A stretch of 64,000 nt of DNA from Planctomycetota bacterium (GCA_965223545.1 OZ245006.1:5248001-5312000); one strand, 5' to 3'. Shown: positions 17,478-30,123, numbered from the stretch's first letter. Program-made: numbers and translations. The notes: generated from the sequence alone by a model not told the origin.

Positions 17478-18779
17478 CTACTTGCGCATCTTCTTCAGCT
17501 TGGCGATCGCGCCCTGCACGTTCTTGCCGGCGTTGCCGCCGGAGGCGGCCTGGTCGGCGTCGCCATGGCCTTCACCATCGGCGGCGGCACGAAGGCGCAG
17601 GTTGGCGATCGACTCGGTCAGCGCGCCGATCTCCGTGCGAATGCTCTGCAGCACGCCGGCGGCAACCGGATCGCTGCCGCTGCCGCTGGCGGTCGCGTGC
17701 TGGTCGAGTGCCTGGCCGAGCTCGTGCAGCTCGTTGACGATGGCATCCCGAGTCTGCGCGACGCTCTGGTCGACCTGGGCGACCGTGGCCGACAACTTGG
17801 CGGTCTCCTTGCCGATTTCGGCGGGCAGCTCCTCGCGCAGCTCTTCGACGGCCTTCAGCGAGCGGCGCATCGATTCGCGGATCTCGGCGCTCATCTCGTC
17901 GCCGTTGCTGACCAGTCGCTGGGCGAGGTCGCGCAGCATCGCCTCGATGTGGCGCAACCCCTCGTCCGGCATCGCCGACGCCTGGCCACCCGCCGGCCGC
18001 GACCCCGACTCGCGCACTGCTCCTTCGAGTCGGCTGCTGGATTGTTCGACGATCGTCTTGAGAGCGACCAGCTTGCTCTCGATGTCACCGATCTGCCGGC
18101 CGGACTCGGTCAGCTGGTTGGTGATCTCGAGCAGCGGTTTGCCGTACATCTTGGTCGCCTTCGACAGGTTGGAGATCTTCTCCTCCTGGCGCTGGATGAA
18201 GTGCAAGGCCTGCTGGAGTTCGTCGCCGGAGGCGCTGCCGTTGGCGCGTTGGTGTTCGGCTTCGAGCAGCGTGTCCAGCGCTTCCTGCGCGTGGGACGCG
18301 GTGTTCTCGACGGCGTCGAACAGAGCCGCCACGGTGCGCTGCTGGTGTTCGACGCGGCGCGCCAGCTTGCCGACCATCAGCAGGACGACGCCGAGCACGA
18401 CGATCGACAGCGGCTGGACGCCGGTGTTCTGCAGGACCTGGCGGACTTCCGCGTTTGCTGCGCAGGCAGCCACGGCGACCACGCCGGCAACCGCGATCAG
18501 CGAGCCGAAGATCACCAGTGGGCCGTTGCTCGACACGGAGCGCGGCGGCGTGGTGGCCCGCCGTGTCCGGCGCGGCGGCGGACTGTAGCTCTCTTCCTCG
18601 TAGGTGTCGCCCTCGTAGCCCTCGTCGTCGTCGTGCAGGGCTTCGAGCTCCTCGGCATCGGCTTCGGCGTCATCGAGGTGCCCGTCGTTCGGTCGGCTCA
18701 ACGCGCCGAGTGGGCTGGAAGATTCCCCGTTGGGGTGGTTGCTGCTCTGTTCGCCCTTGATGTGCATTGCCGGCGCCAT
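17478..18779 (-). CDS. Hypothetical membrane-anchored coiled-coil protein
   Basis: Acidic disordered N-terminus, two hydrophobic segments, long heptad-rich region, amphipathic basic C-terminus; start uncertain (18779 or 18767). Confidence 0.65.
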   Translation of the reverse strand: MAPAMHIKGEQSSNHPNGESSSPLGALSRPNDGHLDDAEADAEELEALHDDDEGYEGDTYEEESYSPPPRRTRRATTPPRSVSSNGPLVIFGSLIAVAGVVAVAACAANAEVRQVLQNTGVQPLSIVVLGVVLLMVGKLARRVEHQQRTVAALFDAVENTASHAQEALDTLLEAEHQRANGSASGDELQQALHFIQRQEEKISNLSKATKMYGKPLLEITNQLTESGRQIGDIESKLVALKTIVEQSSSRLEGAVRESGSRPAGGQASAMPDEGLRHIEAMLRDLAQRLVSNGDEMSAEIRESMRRSLKAVEELREELPAEIGKETAKLSATVAQVDQSVAQTRDAIVNELHELGQALDQHATASGSGSDPVAAGVLQSIRTEIGALTESIANLRLRAAADGEGHGDADQAASGGNAGKNVQGAIAKLKKMRK

Positions 18780-18879
18780 TCGAAAGTCAAGGCTCGTCCC
18801 GTCCCTCATCGGCACGGCGTGGGGCGGCGATGAAGCCCTGTTGCATTCGGCGGCCGGCTCCGGGAAAACCGTCCCCGCG

Positions 18880-20643
18880 ATGTCTCGCAAGATCAAAGGA
18901 GTCGCCGCGGCGCCGGGGATCGCGATCGCTCCGATCGTGCAGTTCCACGCCGATCTCGACTTCATCCCGTCCTACTCGGTGTTGGAAGATCAGACACGGA
19001 GTGAGGTCAAGCGGCTGGAGGACGCGATCACCGCGGCCTCCAAGTCGATCCTGTACCTGCGCCACGAGCTGGCGGCGAGCTTGTCCGACCACGACGCCAA
19101 GATCTACGACGCTCAGCTCGCCTTGCTGCACGACGCCACCCTCAAGGCCGACTGGGTGCGGGCCATCGAGGCCGAGAAGATCAACGTCGAGGCCGCGGTC
19201 CGCCAGGTGATCGGGCGCTATGAGAAGGTGTTCGAGAGCATGGAGGACATCGCCATGCGCGAGCGCGGGGCCGACCTGCGGGACGTCGGCCGGCAGGTGC
19301 TCAGCGCGCTGCTGCGGCGCGACCGGGACGTCTATACCAGCGAGGATCGCGACTACATCTTCGCCGCCGACGAGTTCTTGCCCTCGGACGCCGGCGTGCT
19401 CGACCGCGCCCACGTCAAGGGCATCGTCACCGCGCGCGGCGGCAAGTACTCGCACGGCGCGATCTTGGCCCGCTCGCTCGGCATCCCCGCCCTGCTCGGT
19501 GTGGGCGACGCGCTGAGCAGCACGCACAGCGGTGAGGTCGTCGTGCTCGACGGCGAGTCCGGCCACCTGATCCTCGACCCCGATGACGAGGAGGTCCAGT
19601 CCTACCGGCAGTTGCAGGCCGAGCGGGCGGAGGGCGAGCGCCGGGTCTTCGAGGTTCGGTTCCTCAGCTCCATCACCCCCGACGGAGCCGAGGTGTCGCT
19701 GATGGTCAACGTCGAGAGCGCGCGTGACTTGGATCACGTCGAGCTCAACGCGGTGGCCGGCATCGGCTTGTTCCGCACCGAGTACGCGTTCATGGAGCGC
19801 CGCCAGTTCCCCGGCGAGGAGGAGCAGGCGGAGATGTACCGCGTCATCCTGGAGCGGGCCGAGGGCAAGGCGGTGACCTTTCGCACGCTGGATGTCGGTG
19901 GCGACAAGCCACTCAACTACTTCCGCACACCCGACGAGCGCAACCCGGTGCTCGGGTGGCGGGGGTTGCGCATCAGCATGGATTGGCCGGACATCTTCTA
20001 CACGCAGATCCATGCCATCCTGCGCGCCAGCGCCAGCGGCCGTGCGCGCATCTTGCTGCCGATGGTGACCAATCTGTCCGAGGTCGAGAAGTGCCGTGCG
20101 GTCGTCGAGAACGTGTGCCGCGACCTGGATGACGAGGGCATCGCGTACGACCCGAACATCGAGATCGGCGTGATGGTCGAGGTGCCGGCGTTGGTCTCGA
20201 TCCTCGATCAGGTGCTGCCCCACGTCGATTTCCTGTCGGTGGGGACCAACGATCTGGTGCAGTACCTGCTGGCGGTGGATCGCGACAACCCTCGCGTGGC
20301 GGCGCTCTACGATCCCTACCACCCCGCGGTGCTGCGCGTGTTGGCGAAGATCGCCGAAGGCGCCGCCGCGGCGGACAAGCCGGTGTCGATCTGTGGCGAG
20401 ATCGCGGGCGACCACTACTTCACGCCTTATCTGCTCGGCTTGGGCTTTCGCGAGCTGTCGATGGCGCCGGTGTTCTTGCCAAGAGTGAAGTTGATGGTGC
20501 GGTCGTTCCCGGTGCAGGAGTGCCAGGAGATGGTGCAGGAGGCGCTGTCGCTCAGCAGTGCAGCGAAGGTCCGCGCCCTCGGGCGCGACCGCGCGCGGGA
20601 GCGTTGGAGTCGATTCTTGCAGCGCGACGGCGGCGAGGGTTGA
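18880..20643 (+). CDS. ptsI: Phosphoenolpyruvate-protein phosphotransferase (PTS enzyme I)
   Basis: GGKYSHGAILARSLGIP (phospho-His), GIGLFRTEY, RTLDVGGDK, NPVLGWRG, SVGTNDLVQY, ICGE. Confidence 0.93.
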   Translation: MSRKIKGVAAAPGIAIAPIVQFHADLDFIPSYSVLEDQTRSEVKRLEDAITAASKSILYLRHELAASLSDHDAKIYDAQLALLHDATLKADWVRAIEAEKINVEAAVRQVIGRYEKVFESMEDIAMRERGADLRDVGRQVLSALLRRDRDVYTSEDRDYIFAADEFLPSDAGVLDRAHVKGIVTARGGKYSHGAILARSLGIPALLGVGDALSSTHSGEVVVLDGESGHLILDPDDEEVQSYRQLQAERAEGERRVFEVRFLSSITPDGAEVSLMVNVESARDLDHVELNAVAGIGLFRTEYAFMERRQFPGEEEQAEMYRVILERAEGKAVTFRTLDVGGDKPLNYFRTPDERNPVLGWRGLRISMDWPDIFYTQIHAILRASASGRARILLPMVTNLSEVEKCRAVVENVCRDLDDEGIAYDPNIEIGVMVEVPALVSILDQVLPHVDFLSVGTNDLVQYLLAVDRDNPRVAALYDPYHPAVLRVLAKIAEGAAAADKPVSICGEIAGDHYFTPYLLGLGFRELSMAPVFLPRVKLMVRSFPVQECQEMVQEALSLSSAAKVRALGRDRARERWSRFLQRDGGEG

Positions 20644-20658
20644 GCGGAAGGGGTTGAT

Positions 20659-21357
20659 GTGGCTGCTGGCAAGCGCGGCAACTGGTCGACCGAAGAGCTC
20701 GAACGGTTGGCCGTGCTCTACCCGCGTTGCGCCGAAGACCGGGTCGCGGAGTTGTTGCGGCGATCGGTGGCCAGCGTCCGACGGCGTGCGGTGGCGCTGT
20801 TCGGTGGTCACCGGCGCCGGGGCCCGTGGACCGGGGACGACGACGCGCGACTGCGGCTCGCGTACGGTGTCCACGACCTGGACACCATCGCGCTGATCAC
20901 CGGCCGCACCGAGCGCGAGATCGGCGAGCGTGTGCGGCGGCTGCGTGCCGACCTGCGCCGCGACGAGTGGACCCCGACCGACCTCGCCCGGCTCAAGCAG
21001 CTATACGGATCGAGAACGAACCGCGACCTGGAGGTCTGTCTGTCTCGGCCGGAGGCCGCGATCGAGCGCAAGGCGCGGCAGCTGTGCCTGTCGAAGGACA
21101 AGCGCTTCTTGGCGGCACGAGACGAGAAGCCGGCGGACGGACGCAGTCGAATGCCGCGCTGGTCGGACGCCGACATCGAGACCCTGGTTCAGCTGTACCC
21201 GCGGCTGGACAACCTGGAGCTCGCGCGACGCTTGGGGCGGTCGGTGACGTCGGTCGCCAACAAGGCGAGCCAGCTCCGCTTGAAGAAGAGTCCGGAGCTC
21301 CTCGAGGAGATGGGGCGTCGCAACGTCGCGGTTCGTTATCGGCGACGCAACCGCTGA
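20659..21357 (+). CDS. Protein with four Myb/SANT-like HTH repeats
   Basis: Repeats WSTEELERL, WTGDDDARL, WTPTDLARL, WSDADIETL, each followed by L.R(S/T/P)..(V/I)..(R/K). Confidence 0.65.
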   Translation: MAAGKRGNWSTEELERLAVLYPRCAEDRVAELLRRSVASVRRRAVALFGGHRRRGPWTGDDDARLRLAYGVHDLDTIALITGRTEREIGERVRRLRADLRRDEWTPTDLARLKQLYGSRTNRDLEVCLSRPEAAIERKARQLCLSKDKRFLAARDEKPADGRSRMPRWSDADIETLVQLYPRLDNLELARRLGRSVTSVANKASQLRLKKSPELLEEMGRRNVAVRYRRRNR

Positions 21358-21505
21358 ACCGTCGTTGGCAAGGGCGCGAGTGTAGGGCGCCGGTTGCGAA
21401 AGTCGGCACACGGCTCAATTCACGAAGCACCTCTGGCCGACAGAGGGGACATGCCGCCCCGCGCTTGCAGGGTCGGAACACGCAACCTCGCCGCAAGGGG
21501 ATCTG

Positions 21506-21898
21506 ATGGAAATCGTTGGCAAGAAGAGCCAAGGCCTGTCCGTCACCGCGCTCAAGGAAGACAAGACCGTCATCATCTCGTTCAACGACCGGAGTCTGAA
21601 CTTCTACGTGACAGACTCGCTCAAGGAGTCGTTGAAGGAGACGATCAAGGGCAAGATCGAAGAGGGTTACCAGCACTTCGTGCTGAACCTGGAGAGCGTC
21701 AAGATCATCGACTCCTGTGGAGTCGGTCTGATCATCGTCGCCAACAACGTGACTTCCTCGCACAGTGCGAAGCTGTACCTCTGTCACATCAAGCCGTTCA
21801 TCATCAAGATCTTCGACATCATGCGCATCTCGAAGCACTTGGCGATCTTCGAGACCGAAGAGGACGCGCTGGCCGAGGTGAAGAACAACCTCGCCTGA
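21506..21898 (+). CDS. STAS-domain anti-sigma factor antagonist
   Basis: FVLNLESVKIIDSCGVG motif, IFETEEDALA C-terminus. Confidence 0.85.
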   Translation: MEIVGKKSQGLSVTALKEDKTVIISFNDRSLNFYVTDSLKESLKETIKGKIEEGYQHFVLNLESVKIIDSCGVGLIIVANNVTSSHSAKLYLCHIKPFIIKIFDIMRISKHLAIFETEEDALAEVKNNLA

Positions 21899-21926
21899 CT
21901 CGGAGGCGTTCTCGCGTGGGCCAGGG

Positions 21927-23024
21927 ATGAGCGGCGAGAGCGCGATCCTCGATGGCGTGTTGTGCGTGGACCGCCGGTCGCAGGTCACTCTGATCAATCC
22001 ACCCGCGCAGGCTCTGCTCGGGATCAACGCGCTGGCAGCGTTGGGCCATTCCCTGGCGGATCTGTCCGGTCACCCCGAGCTGATCGGACCGCTGCGCACC
22101 GATCACGACGGTGTCGCGGTGACCAGGGATGAAGTCGCCCGCACTCTCGAGGTGCACCACACCGAGCGGGATCTGCTCTACATCCGGGCGATCTCGACGC
22201 CGATGCGCGACCACGAAGGTGAGTTCGCAGGTGTGATCACCTACCTGCACGACATCACCACCGGCTTCAAGTCGAACCAGCTCAAGAACCAGTACTTGTC
22301 GATCGTCGCGCACGAGCTGCGCACGCCGCTGACCGGGATCAAGACCTTCGCCACCATGCTCGGCAAGAGCTCGCTCGGCGATCTCAACGAGCGGCAAGCC
22401 GAGGCGGCGTCGGCGATTCGAGAGCAGAGTCTCCGGTTGGAGCAGCAGATCGACAAGCTGATCAACCTGGGCTACTTGGACGACAACGACTACGGCCAAG
22501 ATCTGCAGGTGATCGCGGTGCCCGATCTGATCCGCAACGCCGTCGCTCCGTTCGAGGCTCTGGCCGCCGAGGGCGGTGTGCGGCTTGCGGTCGGCGCGGA
22601 CGCGGATGTCGAGATTCGCGCCGATCGGGCCGACCTACGGCGTGCGATCCAGGCGTTCGTCGAGAATGCCCTCAAGTTCACGCCGGACGGCGGCCTGGTG
22701 GAAGTCACCACGACATCGGAGGGCGACGAGGTCCGGATCTCGATTCGGGACGACGGCATCGGCGTCGACCCTCGCTACCAGCGCCGGATCTTCGAGAAGT
22801 TCTTCCAGGTCGAAGACCCGCTGACAAGGCATCACGGTGGCGCCGGCCTGGGGCTGTTCGTCGCGAGCGAGATCATCGCGGCGCACGGCAGCCGCATCGA
22901 GTTGGCCAGCGAGCTCGGGAAAGGCGCAGATTTCTGCTTCCGTCTGCCGACATACAAGGAAGACGCATCAGCGGATGCGGGCGACGCCGCACCGGGCGCC
23001 GCGCCGGAGCAAGTGAGGACCTGA
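21927..23024 (+). CDS. PAS-domain sensor histidine kinase (cytoplasmic)
   Basis: PAS N-terminus, HELRTPLT H-box, ENALKFT, DDGIG, FEKFFQ, GAGLGL. Confidence 0.92.
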   Translation: MSGESAILDGVLCVDRRSQVTLINPPAQALLGINALAALGHSLADLSGHPELIGPLRTDHDGVAVTRDEVARTLEVHHTERDLLYIRAISTPMRDHEGEFAGVITYLHDITTGFKSNQLKNQYLSIVAHELRTPLTGIKTFATMLGKSSLGDLNERQAEAASAIREQSLRLEQQIDKLINLGYLDDNDYGQDLQVIAVPDLIRNAVAPFEALAAEGGVRLAVGADADVEIRADRADLRRAIQAFVENALKFTPDGGLVEVTTTSEGDEVRISIRDDGIGVDPRYQRRIFEKFFQVEDPLTRHHGGAGLGLFVASEIIAAHGSRIELASELGKGADFCFRLPTYKEDASADAGDAAPGAAPEQVRT

Positions 23025-23395
23025 TGGAGCGAACGGTACTGATCGTCGAGGACGAGAAGCTGATCATCGTCTCGACCCAGATGGTGCTGGAGGCCGCCGG
23101 CTATCGGGTCGAGTCCGCGACCAATGGCGAAGAAGGGATCGCCAAGGCGCGTGAGCTGAGCCCGGACCTGATTCTGCTCGACATCATGATGCCGGGCATC
23201 GATGGCTGGGAGACGTTGACTCGCCTGAAGAGGGACGGCGAGACCCTGTCGATTCCGGTCATCATCTTCACCGCGCGCGAGCACTCGCGGGGCAACCAGA
23301 AGAGCTCCGAGATGGGGGCGGCGGACTACTTTCGCAAGCCGTTCGAGCCGGACGAGCTGATCGAGCTCGTCGAGAAGCACATCGGCCAGCGCTGA
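23024..23395 (+). CDS. Single-domain response regulator
   Basis: [25 protein letters not shown]. Confidence 0.92.
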   Translation: MERTVLIVEDEKLIIVSTQMVLEAAGYRVESATNGEEGIAKARELSPDLILLDIMMPGIDGWETLTRLKRDGETLSIPVIIFTAREHSRGNQKSSEMGAADYFRKPFEPDELIELVEKHIGQR

Positions 23396-23537
23396 GGCGG
23401 GCGCCCTCGCCGGACCCTTCAATCCGCGCTCCGAGACGCGCGCGCCAGCGCGGGCATCGGGAATCGAGGAGCCGGCGGGCGGAGCGTTCGCCATCGGCCT
23501 GCTAGAATCGCGCGCCCCCAGTCGCCCGATTTCTCCG

Positions 23538-26435
<2,898 letters not shown>

Positions 26436-26447
26436 CAGAGCGCACGC

Positions 26448-26538
26448 AGCCCGGCGCACGTACGGAGCCAGGCTCCGATTCATCACCCGGCGTCGCCGGG
26501 TGATGAATCGGAGCCTGGCTCCGTACGTGCGCCGGGCT
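26448..26538. repeat. Perfect 91-bp palindrome (45-bp arms, 1-nt centre), REP doublet / probable bidirectional terminator
   Basis: 26448-26492 is the exact reverse complement of 26494-26538; each arm contains gtacggagccaggctccg. Confidence 0.92.
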
Positions 26539-27154
26539 TGGAGATGCGGTGCAGGTGGGCGTCGGCGAGGTGGGGAGGGGCGCCGCCGCCGAGCATGGCT
26601 TCGCGGACCTCGTGCTCGTCGGCGCCGCAGTGTAGCGCGCCGCGGGCGTGGGCGATCAGCTGCGGGACCTGGTCGGTCGCCTGCAGGGCGGTGACCGCCA
26701 GGAGTTCGCGTTGGCGGGAGGTGAGACCGGGGCGGGTCAGGATCCTGCCGTAGGCGGCGGTGAGCACGAAGTCGTGCAGCTCGGGGTGGTGCGAGCGCAG
26801 CATTGCGCGCACTGCGGCGCTGCGGTCGCCGTAGATCCGGTCGAAGAGCGCGCGTCCCGCGGTGGGCTGCTGTTCTGCCGGCAGTGCCTCGTTGTCGGCC
26901 GTGCCGGCGCGCGGCCATTCGCGGTCGAGCTCACCGAACGCGGTGACGGCTCTGGGGAAGCCGAAGAACAGCACGGCTTGCAGCAAGGTCTCTTCGAGCA
27001 ACCGGCGCTCGAGCCGTTCCCTGCGGCCGGCGTGGATGCAGTGGGCCAGCAGTTGCCAGTCGGCGGCGGCGATGCTGGCCATCGCCGCCAACAGCACGCG
27101 CTCGGCACGCGACAGGCCGCGTCGCTCCAGCCAGCCGTCGAGGTCGAGCCCCAC
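26483..27154 (-). CDS. Carboxymuconolactone decarboxylase/AhpD-like family protein
   Basis: Two CMD-like halves: EETLLQAVLFFGFPRA and YGRILTRPGL..RQRELL..HARGAL; 3' end reads into the palindrome. Confidence 0.75.
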   Translation of the reverse strand: MGLDLDGWLERRGLSRAERVLLAAMASIAAADWQLLAHCIHAGRRERLERRLLEETLLQAVLFFGFPRAVTAFGELDREWPRAGTADNEALPAEQQPTAGRALFDRIYGDRSAAVRAMLRSHHPELHDFVLTAAYGRILTRPGLTSRQRELLAVTALQATDQVPQLIAHARGALHCGADEHEVREAMLGGGAPPHLADAHLHRISKPGARTEPGSDSSPGDAG

Positions 27155-27156
27155 GG

Positions 27157-27543
27157 TCAGAGGTCGTCCGGCACGGTGTCCGGCACCGCGGTCTCGCGGA
27201 CCAGGACGAGGATCGCGCTGTGCGGCACCACGAGGTATCGCGTGTCTTCGAAGGTGATCTCGATGGCTGCCTTGCGGAAGAACAGCGCGTAGTCACCGGA
27301 CTCCACCTGCATGGGCAAGTAGCGCGCAGTGCTCTGCGCGGTCTTCCACGGCTCGGCGTCGTCTTGCGGCGGCGGCAACGGTTGGCCCGGCCCCATCGCC
27401 ACCACTCTGCCGCCACGGACGTCCTCCTTCTCGACGACCGTTGCCGGCAGCAGCAGCCCGACCTTGGTGCGACCTTCGTCCTCACCGGGTTCGATCAGGA
27501 CACGGTCGCCGACGACCAGGAGCTCTTTGCGGCCTTTTCTCAT
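27157..27543 (-). CDS. groES: GroES/Cpn10-family co-chaperonin (no groEL nearby)
   Basis: VVGDRVLI, TKVGLLLP, GRVVAMGPG, VESGD, YLVV...IL. Confidence 0.8.
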   Translation of the reverse strand: MRKGRKELLVVGDRVLIEPGEDEGRTKVGLLLPATVVEKEDVRGGRVVAMGPGQPLPPPQDDAEPWKTAQSTARYLPMQVESGDYALFFRKAAIEITFEDTRYLVVPHSAILVLVRETAVPDTVPDDL

Positions 27544-27600
27544 GTGAGCAGTCGGACAGGAGTTTCACACAATCGGCGGTTGGCTGCCAGCGGGCCCCAC

Positions 27601-28341
27601 TCAGCGCCGGCAGACGAACGCTGTGTCGGTGTACCGGGTCACCTCGAGTTGATCGGCGCAGCGGAGCTCGCGCTCGGTCCATTGATCAACGCGCGGGGTC
27701 AACCGCAGCGCCCGTGCCAGCTGGTCCACCAGCGCGTCCCGCAGTGGCGCGAGTGCGGTGTCCGGCTCGACGCAATCGGCGATGGCGCCGCACGCGGGGG
27801 CCGGTGGAGTGCGCAGAGGGATCGAGCCGTGGTGCAGCACCCGGGGTCGGGGGTGCCGCAGCCGTCGCTGGGCCGAGCCCACGATCTTGGCCCCCGTCGT
27901 GGTCACCAAGTCGAGGCCACCGGGCTGCGCAAAGCACCAGCACTCGGCCGGGCGGGCCCGCGCGGTGCAGGTTCCGCCGTGCGGCAGCATGCGCGTGTCG
28001 ACTCCGATCTCGGCCAGCGCACGAACGACCGCGCCGTGCACGCGCTCGTACGATTCCACCACGGAAGAGCCCAGCAGCTCGGCGTCGGCGGTCAGCGAGA
28101 ACGTCAGCTCCTGATCGTGGTAGATCGCACCGCCGCCGGTGAGGCGGCGCACGATCACGTGGTCGCCGGGCAGCTCGAGGAACGGCGCGGCGGCCTGGAA
28201 GTAGCCCAGCGACAGACCGGCCGGTGCCCAGGAGTACAGGCGCAACGTGGCCGGTGGACCGCACAACAACGCGGCCTCGTCGATCGCCATGTTGCGCGGG
28301 GGCGGCAGCGCCCCATCGCGAACCACCCGCAGTTTGGGCAC
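27601..28341 (-). CDS. Lipoate-protein ligase/octanoyltransferase (LplA/LipM family)
   Basis: NMAIDEA, LRLYSW, SLGYFQ, RRLTGGGAIYH, KIVGSAQ, HGSI. Confidence 0.88.
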   Translation of the reverse strand: MPKLRVVRDGALPPPRNMAIDEAALLCGPPATLRLYSWAPAGLSLGYFQAAAPFLELPGDHVIVRRLTGGGAIYHDQELTFSLTADAELLGSSVVESYERVHGAVVRALAEIGVDTRMLPHGGTCTARARPAECWCFAQPGGLDLVTTTGAKIVGSAQRRLRHPRPRVLHHGSIPLRTPPAPACGAIADCVEPDTALAPLRDALVDQLARALRLTPRVDQWTERELRCADQLEVTRYTDTAFVCRR

Positions 28342-28353
28342 CGCTCGCCGCGG

Positions 28354-28734
28354 CTAGGAGTCTTCTTGCTGGCAGTGTTCCTCGTAGGCCGCCGCGTCCA
28401 CCAACTCCGGCGAGGCCGAGGACACCTTGACCTTGACCATCCACGCCGCATCGAATGGGTCGCTGCCGAGCAGCTCCAGGTTGTCGGTGAGTGCGTCGTT
28501 GGTTTCGACGATCTCGCCGCTGACCGGAGAGATCAGGTCGGACACCGCTTTGACGGACTCGATCTCGCCGAACGGCTCACCGGCGGTGACGGCCGTGCCC
28601 GTGCTCGGCAGGTCCAAGAACACTAGATCGGACAAATGGGCGACGGCGAAGTCGGTGATGCCGAGCGTGGCGAGGTCACCCTCGGTCTTGCACCATTCGT
28701 GACTCTTGAGGTACTGGCGATCGTTCGGACGCAT
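28354..28734 (-). CDS. gcvH: Glycine cleavage system H protein
   Basis: SHEW, GITDFA, IESVKAVSD (lipoyl Lys), SPVSG. Confidence 0.95.
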   Translation of the reverse strand: MRPNDRQYLKSHEWCKTEGDLATLGITDFAVAHLSDLVFLDLPSTGTAVTAGEPFGEIESVKAVSDLISPVSGEIVETNDALTDNLELLGSDPFDAAWMVKVKVSSASPELVDAAAYEEHCQQEDS

Positions 28735-28871
28735 CGTGGTTGCGGGACCCGCGAGCGGGAGGGTTGGGGTGGCGAGGGGTTTGGGCCGGTCTGTGGAGAC
28801 CGGCCCGCAACACTAGGAGGGAGGTCGCCGCCAGGCAAGCGGCGCGTGCTTGGGCCGCGTCTGCGTGGGCG

Positions 28872-29966
28872 TCACTTCGCGCGCTTGTAGAACGGCAGGG
28901 AGCACACCGTCGCGGGCTCGGCCTTGTCGCGCACGACGAACTCCAACCGGGTGCCCGGTTCGGCCTGCGCGGTGGGCACGTAGCCGGTGGCGATGTTGGT
29001 TCCCAGGGTCGGCGATGCCGCGCCGGAACAGACCGTGCCGACCGTCTCGCCGCCGCTCGCGATCGCGTATCCCTGGCGCGGCACTCGGCGGCTGTCGGTG
29101 GTCAGACCGACCAGCGTGCGCTGCGGGCCGCCGGCGTCGCGGATGCGCTCCAGCGCCGCGCGCCCGACGAAGTCGTGGGTGAACTTCACCGACCACCCCA
29201 ACCCGGCCTCCAGCGGATTGGTCGTGCGGTCGATCTCGTGGCCGTAGAGCGACATCCCCGCCTCGAGGCGGAGGATATCGCGCGCCGCCAGCCCGATCGG
29301 TGCGAGCCGGTGTGCCTCTCCGGCGGCGAGAAAGGCGAGGAACAGCCGTTCGGTCTCGGCCTGAGGCGCGTAGACCTCGAAGCCGTCCTCACCGGTGTAG
29401 CCGGTGCGCGACAGGCCGACCTCGACGCCATCGACCGAACCGCGCGTCCACCGGTAGTACTTCAGTGCGCCGAGATCCAAGTCGGTCAGGGTCTGCGTGA
29501 TGTCCTGCGACCGCGGCCCCTGGATGGCGAACATGCCGAGGCCGTCGGTCTGATCGATCACCCGAACATCGCCGAACTCGGCGGCGAGCGCTTGCATGAT
29601 CGCCAGGTCGTGGTCGGTGTTGGCGGCATTGACGACCATGAAGAACGCGTCTTCGCTCGGCTCGCGATAGACCAGGATGTCGTCCTGCGTGAGACCGTCG
29701 TCGTCGAGAATGGTGGCGTAGCGGATGCCACCGCTCGGAATCGCGCTGACGTCGTTGGTCTGCAGGCGCTGCAGGAAGGCCTCGGCGTCGCTGCCCTCGA
29801 TGCGCACGCGCCCCATGTGACCGAGGTCGAACAGCCCGCCGGAGCCACGCACCAACGCGACCTCCTCCAGCACGCTGCCATACTGCACCGGCATTTGCCA
29901 ACCGGCAAACGGCACCAGTCGGGCACCGAGGGATTCGTGCAGAGCACGGAGCGCAGTCTCACGCAT
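28872..29966 (-). CDS. gcvT: Glycine cleavage system T protein (aminomethyltransferase)
   Basis: FAGWQMPVQY, LFDLGHMG, RTGYTGEDGFE, GLAARDILRLEAG. Confidence 0.95.
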   Translation of the reverse strand: MRETALRALHESLGARLVPFAGWQMPVQYGSVLEEVALVRGSGGLFDLGHMGRVRIEGSDAEAFLQRLQTNDVSAIPSGGIRYATILDDDGLTQDDILVYREPSEDAFFMVVNAANTDHDLAIMQALAAEFGDVRVIDQTDGLGMFAIQGPRSQDITQTLTDLDLGALKYYRWTRGSVDGVEVGLSRTGYTGEDGFEVYAPQAETERLFLAFLAAGEAHRLAPIGLAARDILRLEAGMSLYGHEIDRTTNPLEAGLGWSVKFTHDFVGRAALERIRDAGGPQRTLVGLTTDSRRVPRQGYAIASGGETVGTVCSGAASPTLGTNIATGYVPTAQAEPGTRLEFVVRDKAEPATVCSLPFYKRAK

Positions 29967-30123
29967 GTGGAGATCTCGGGGTCGTGGGGGCGAGTGTCGA
30001 GGTTCTTGCCGCTCCTCGCGGGGCTCGTCCGCGCGCGAGGTCACACGATTGTCCCCGTTGCGTGGCGATTGTGCGAGAGGATTTGGCGCGCCGGGATCTG
30101 TCGGATTTCGCAACGGCGCCGCC

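Noticed and set aside
18787..20874. Long antisense and shadow ORFs (also 8220..10871, 13932..16643, 24363..26918, 28740..32603, 30178..32478, 43682..45283)
   Set aside because: Expected in ~70% GC DNA opposite or overlapping well-supported genes; no recognisable motifs.
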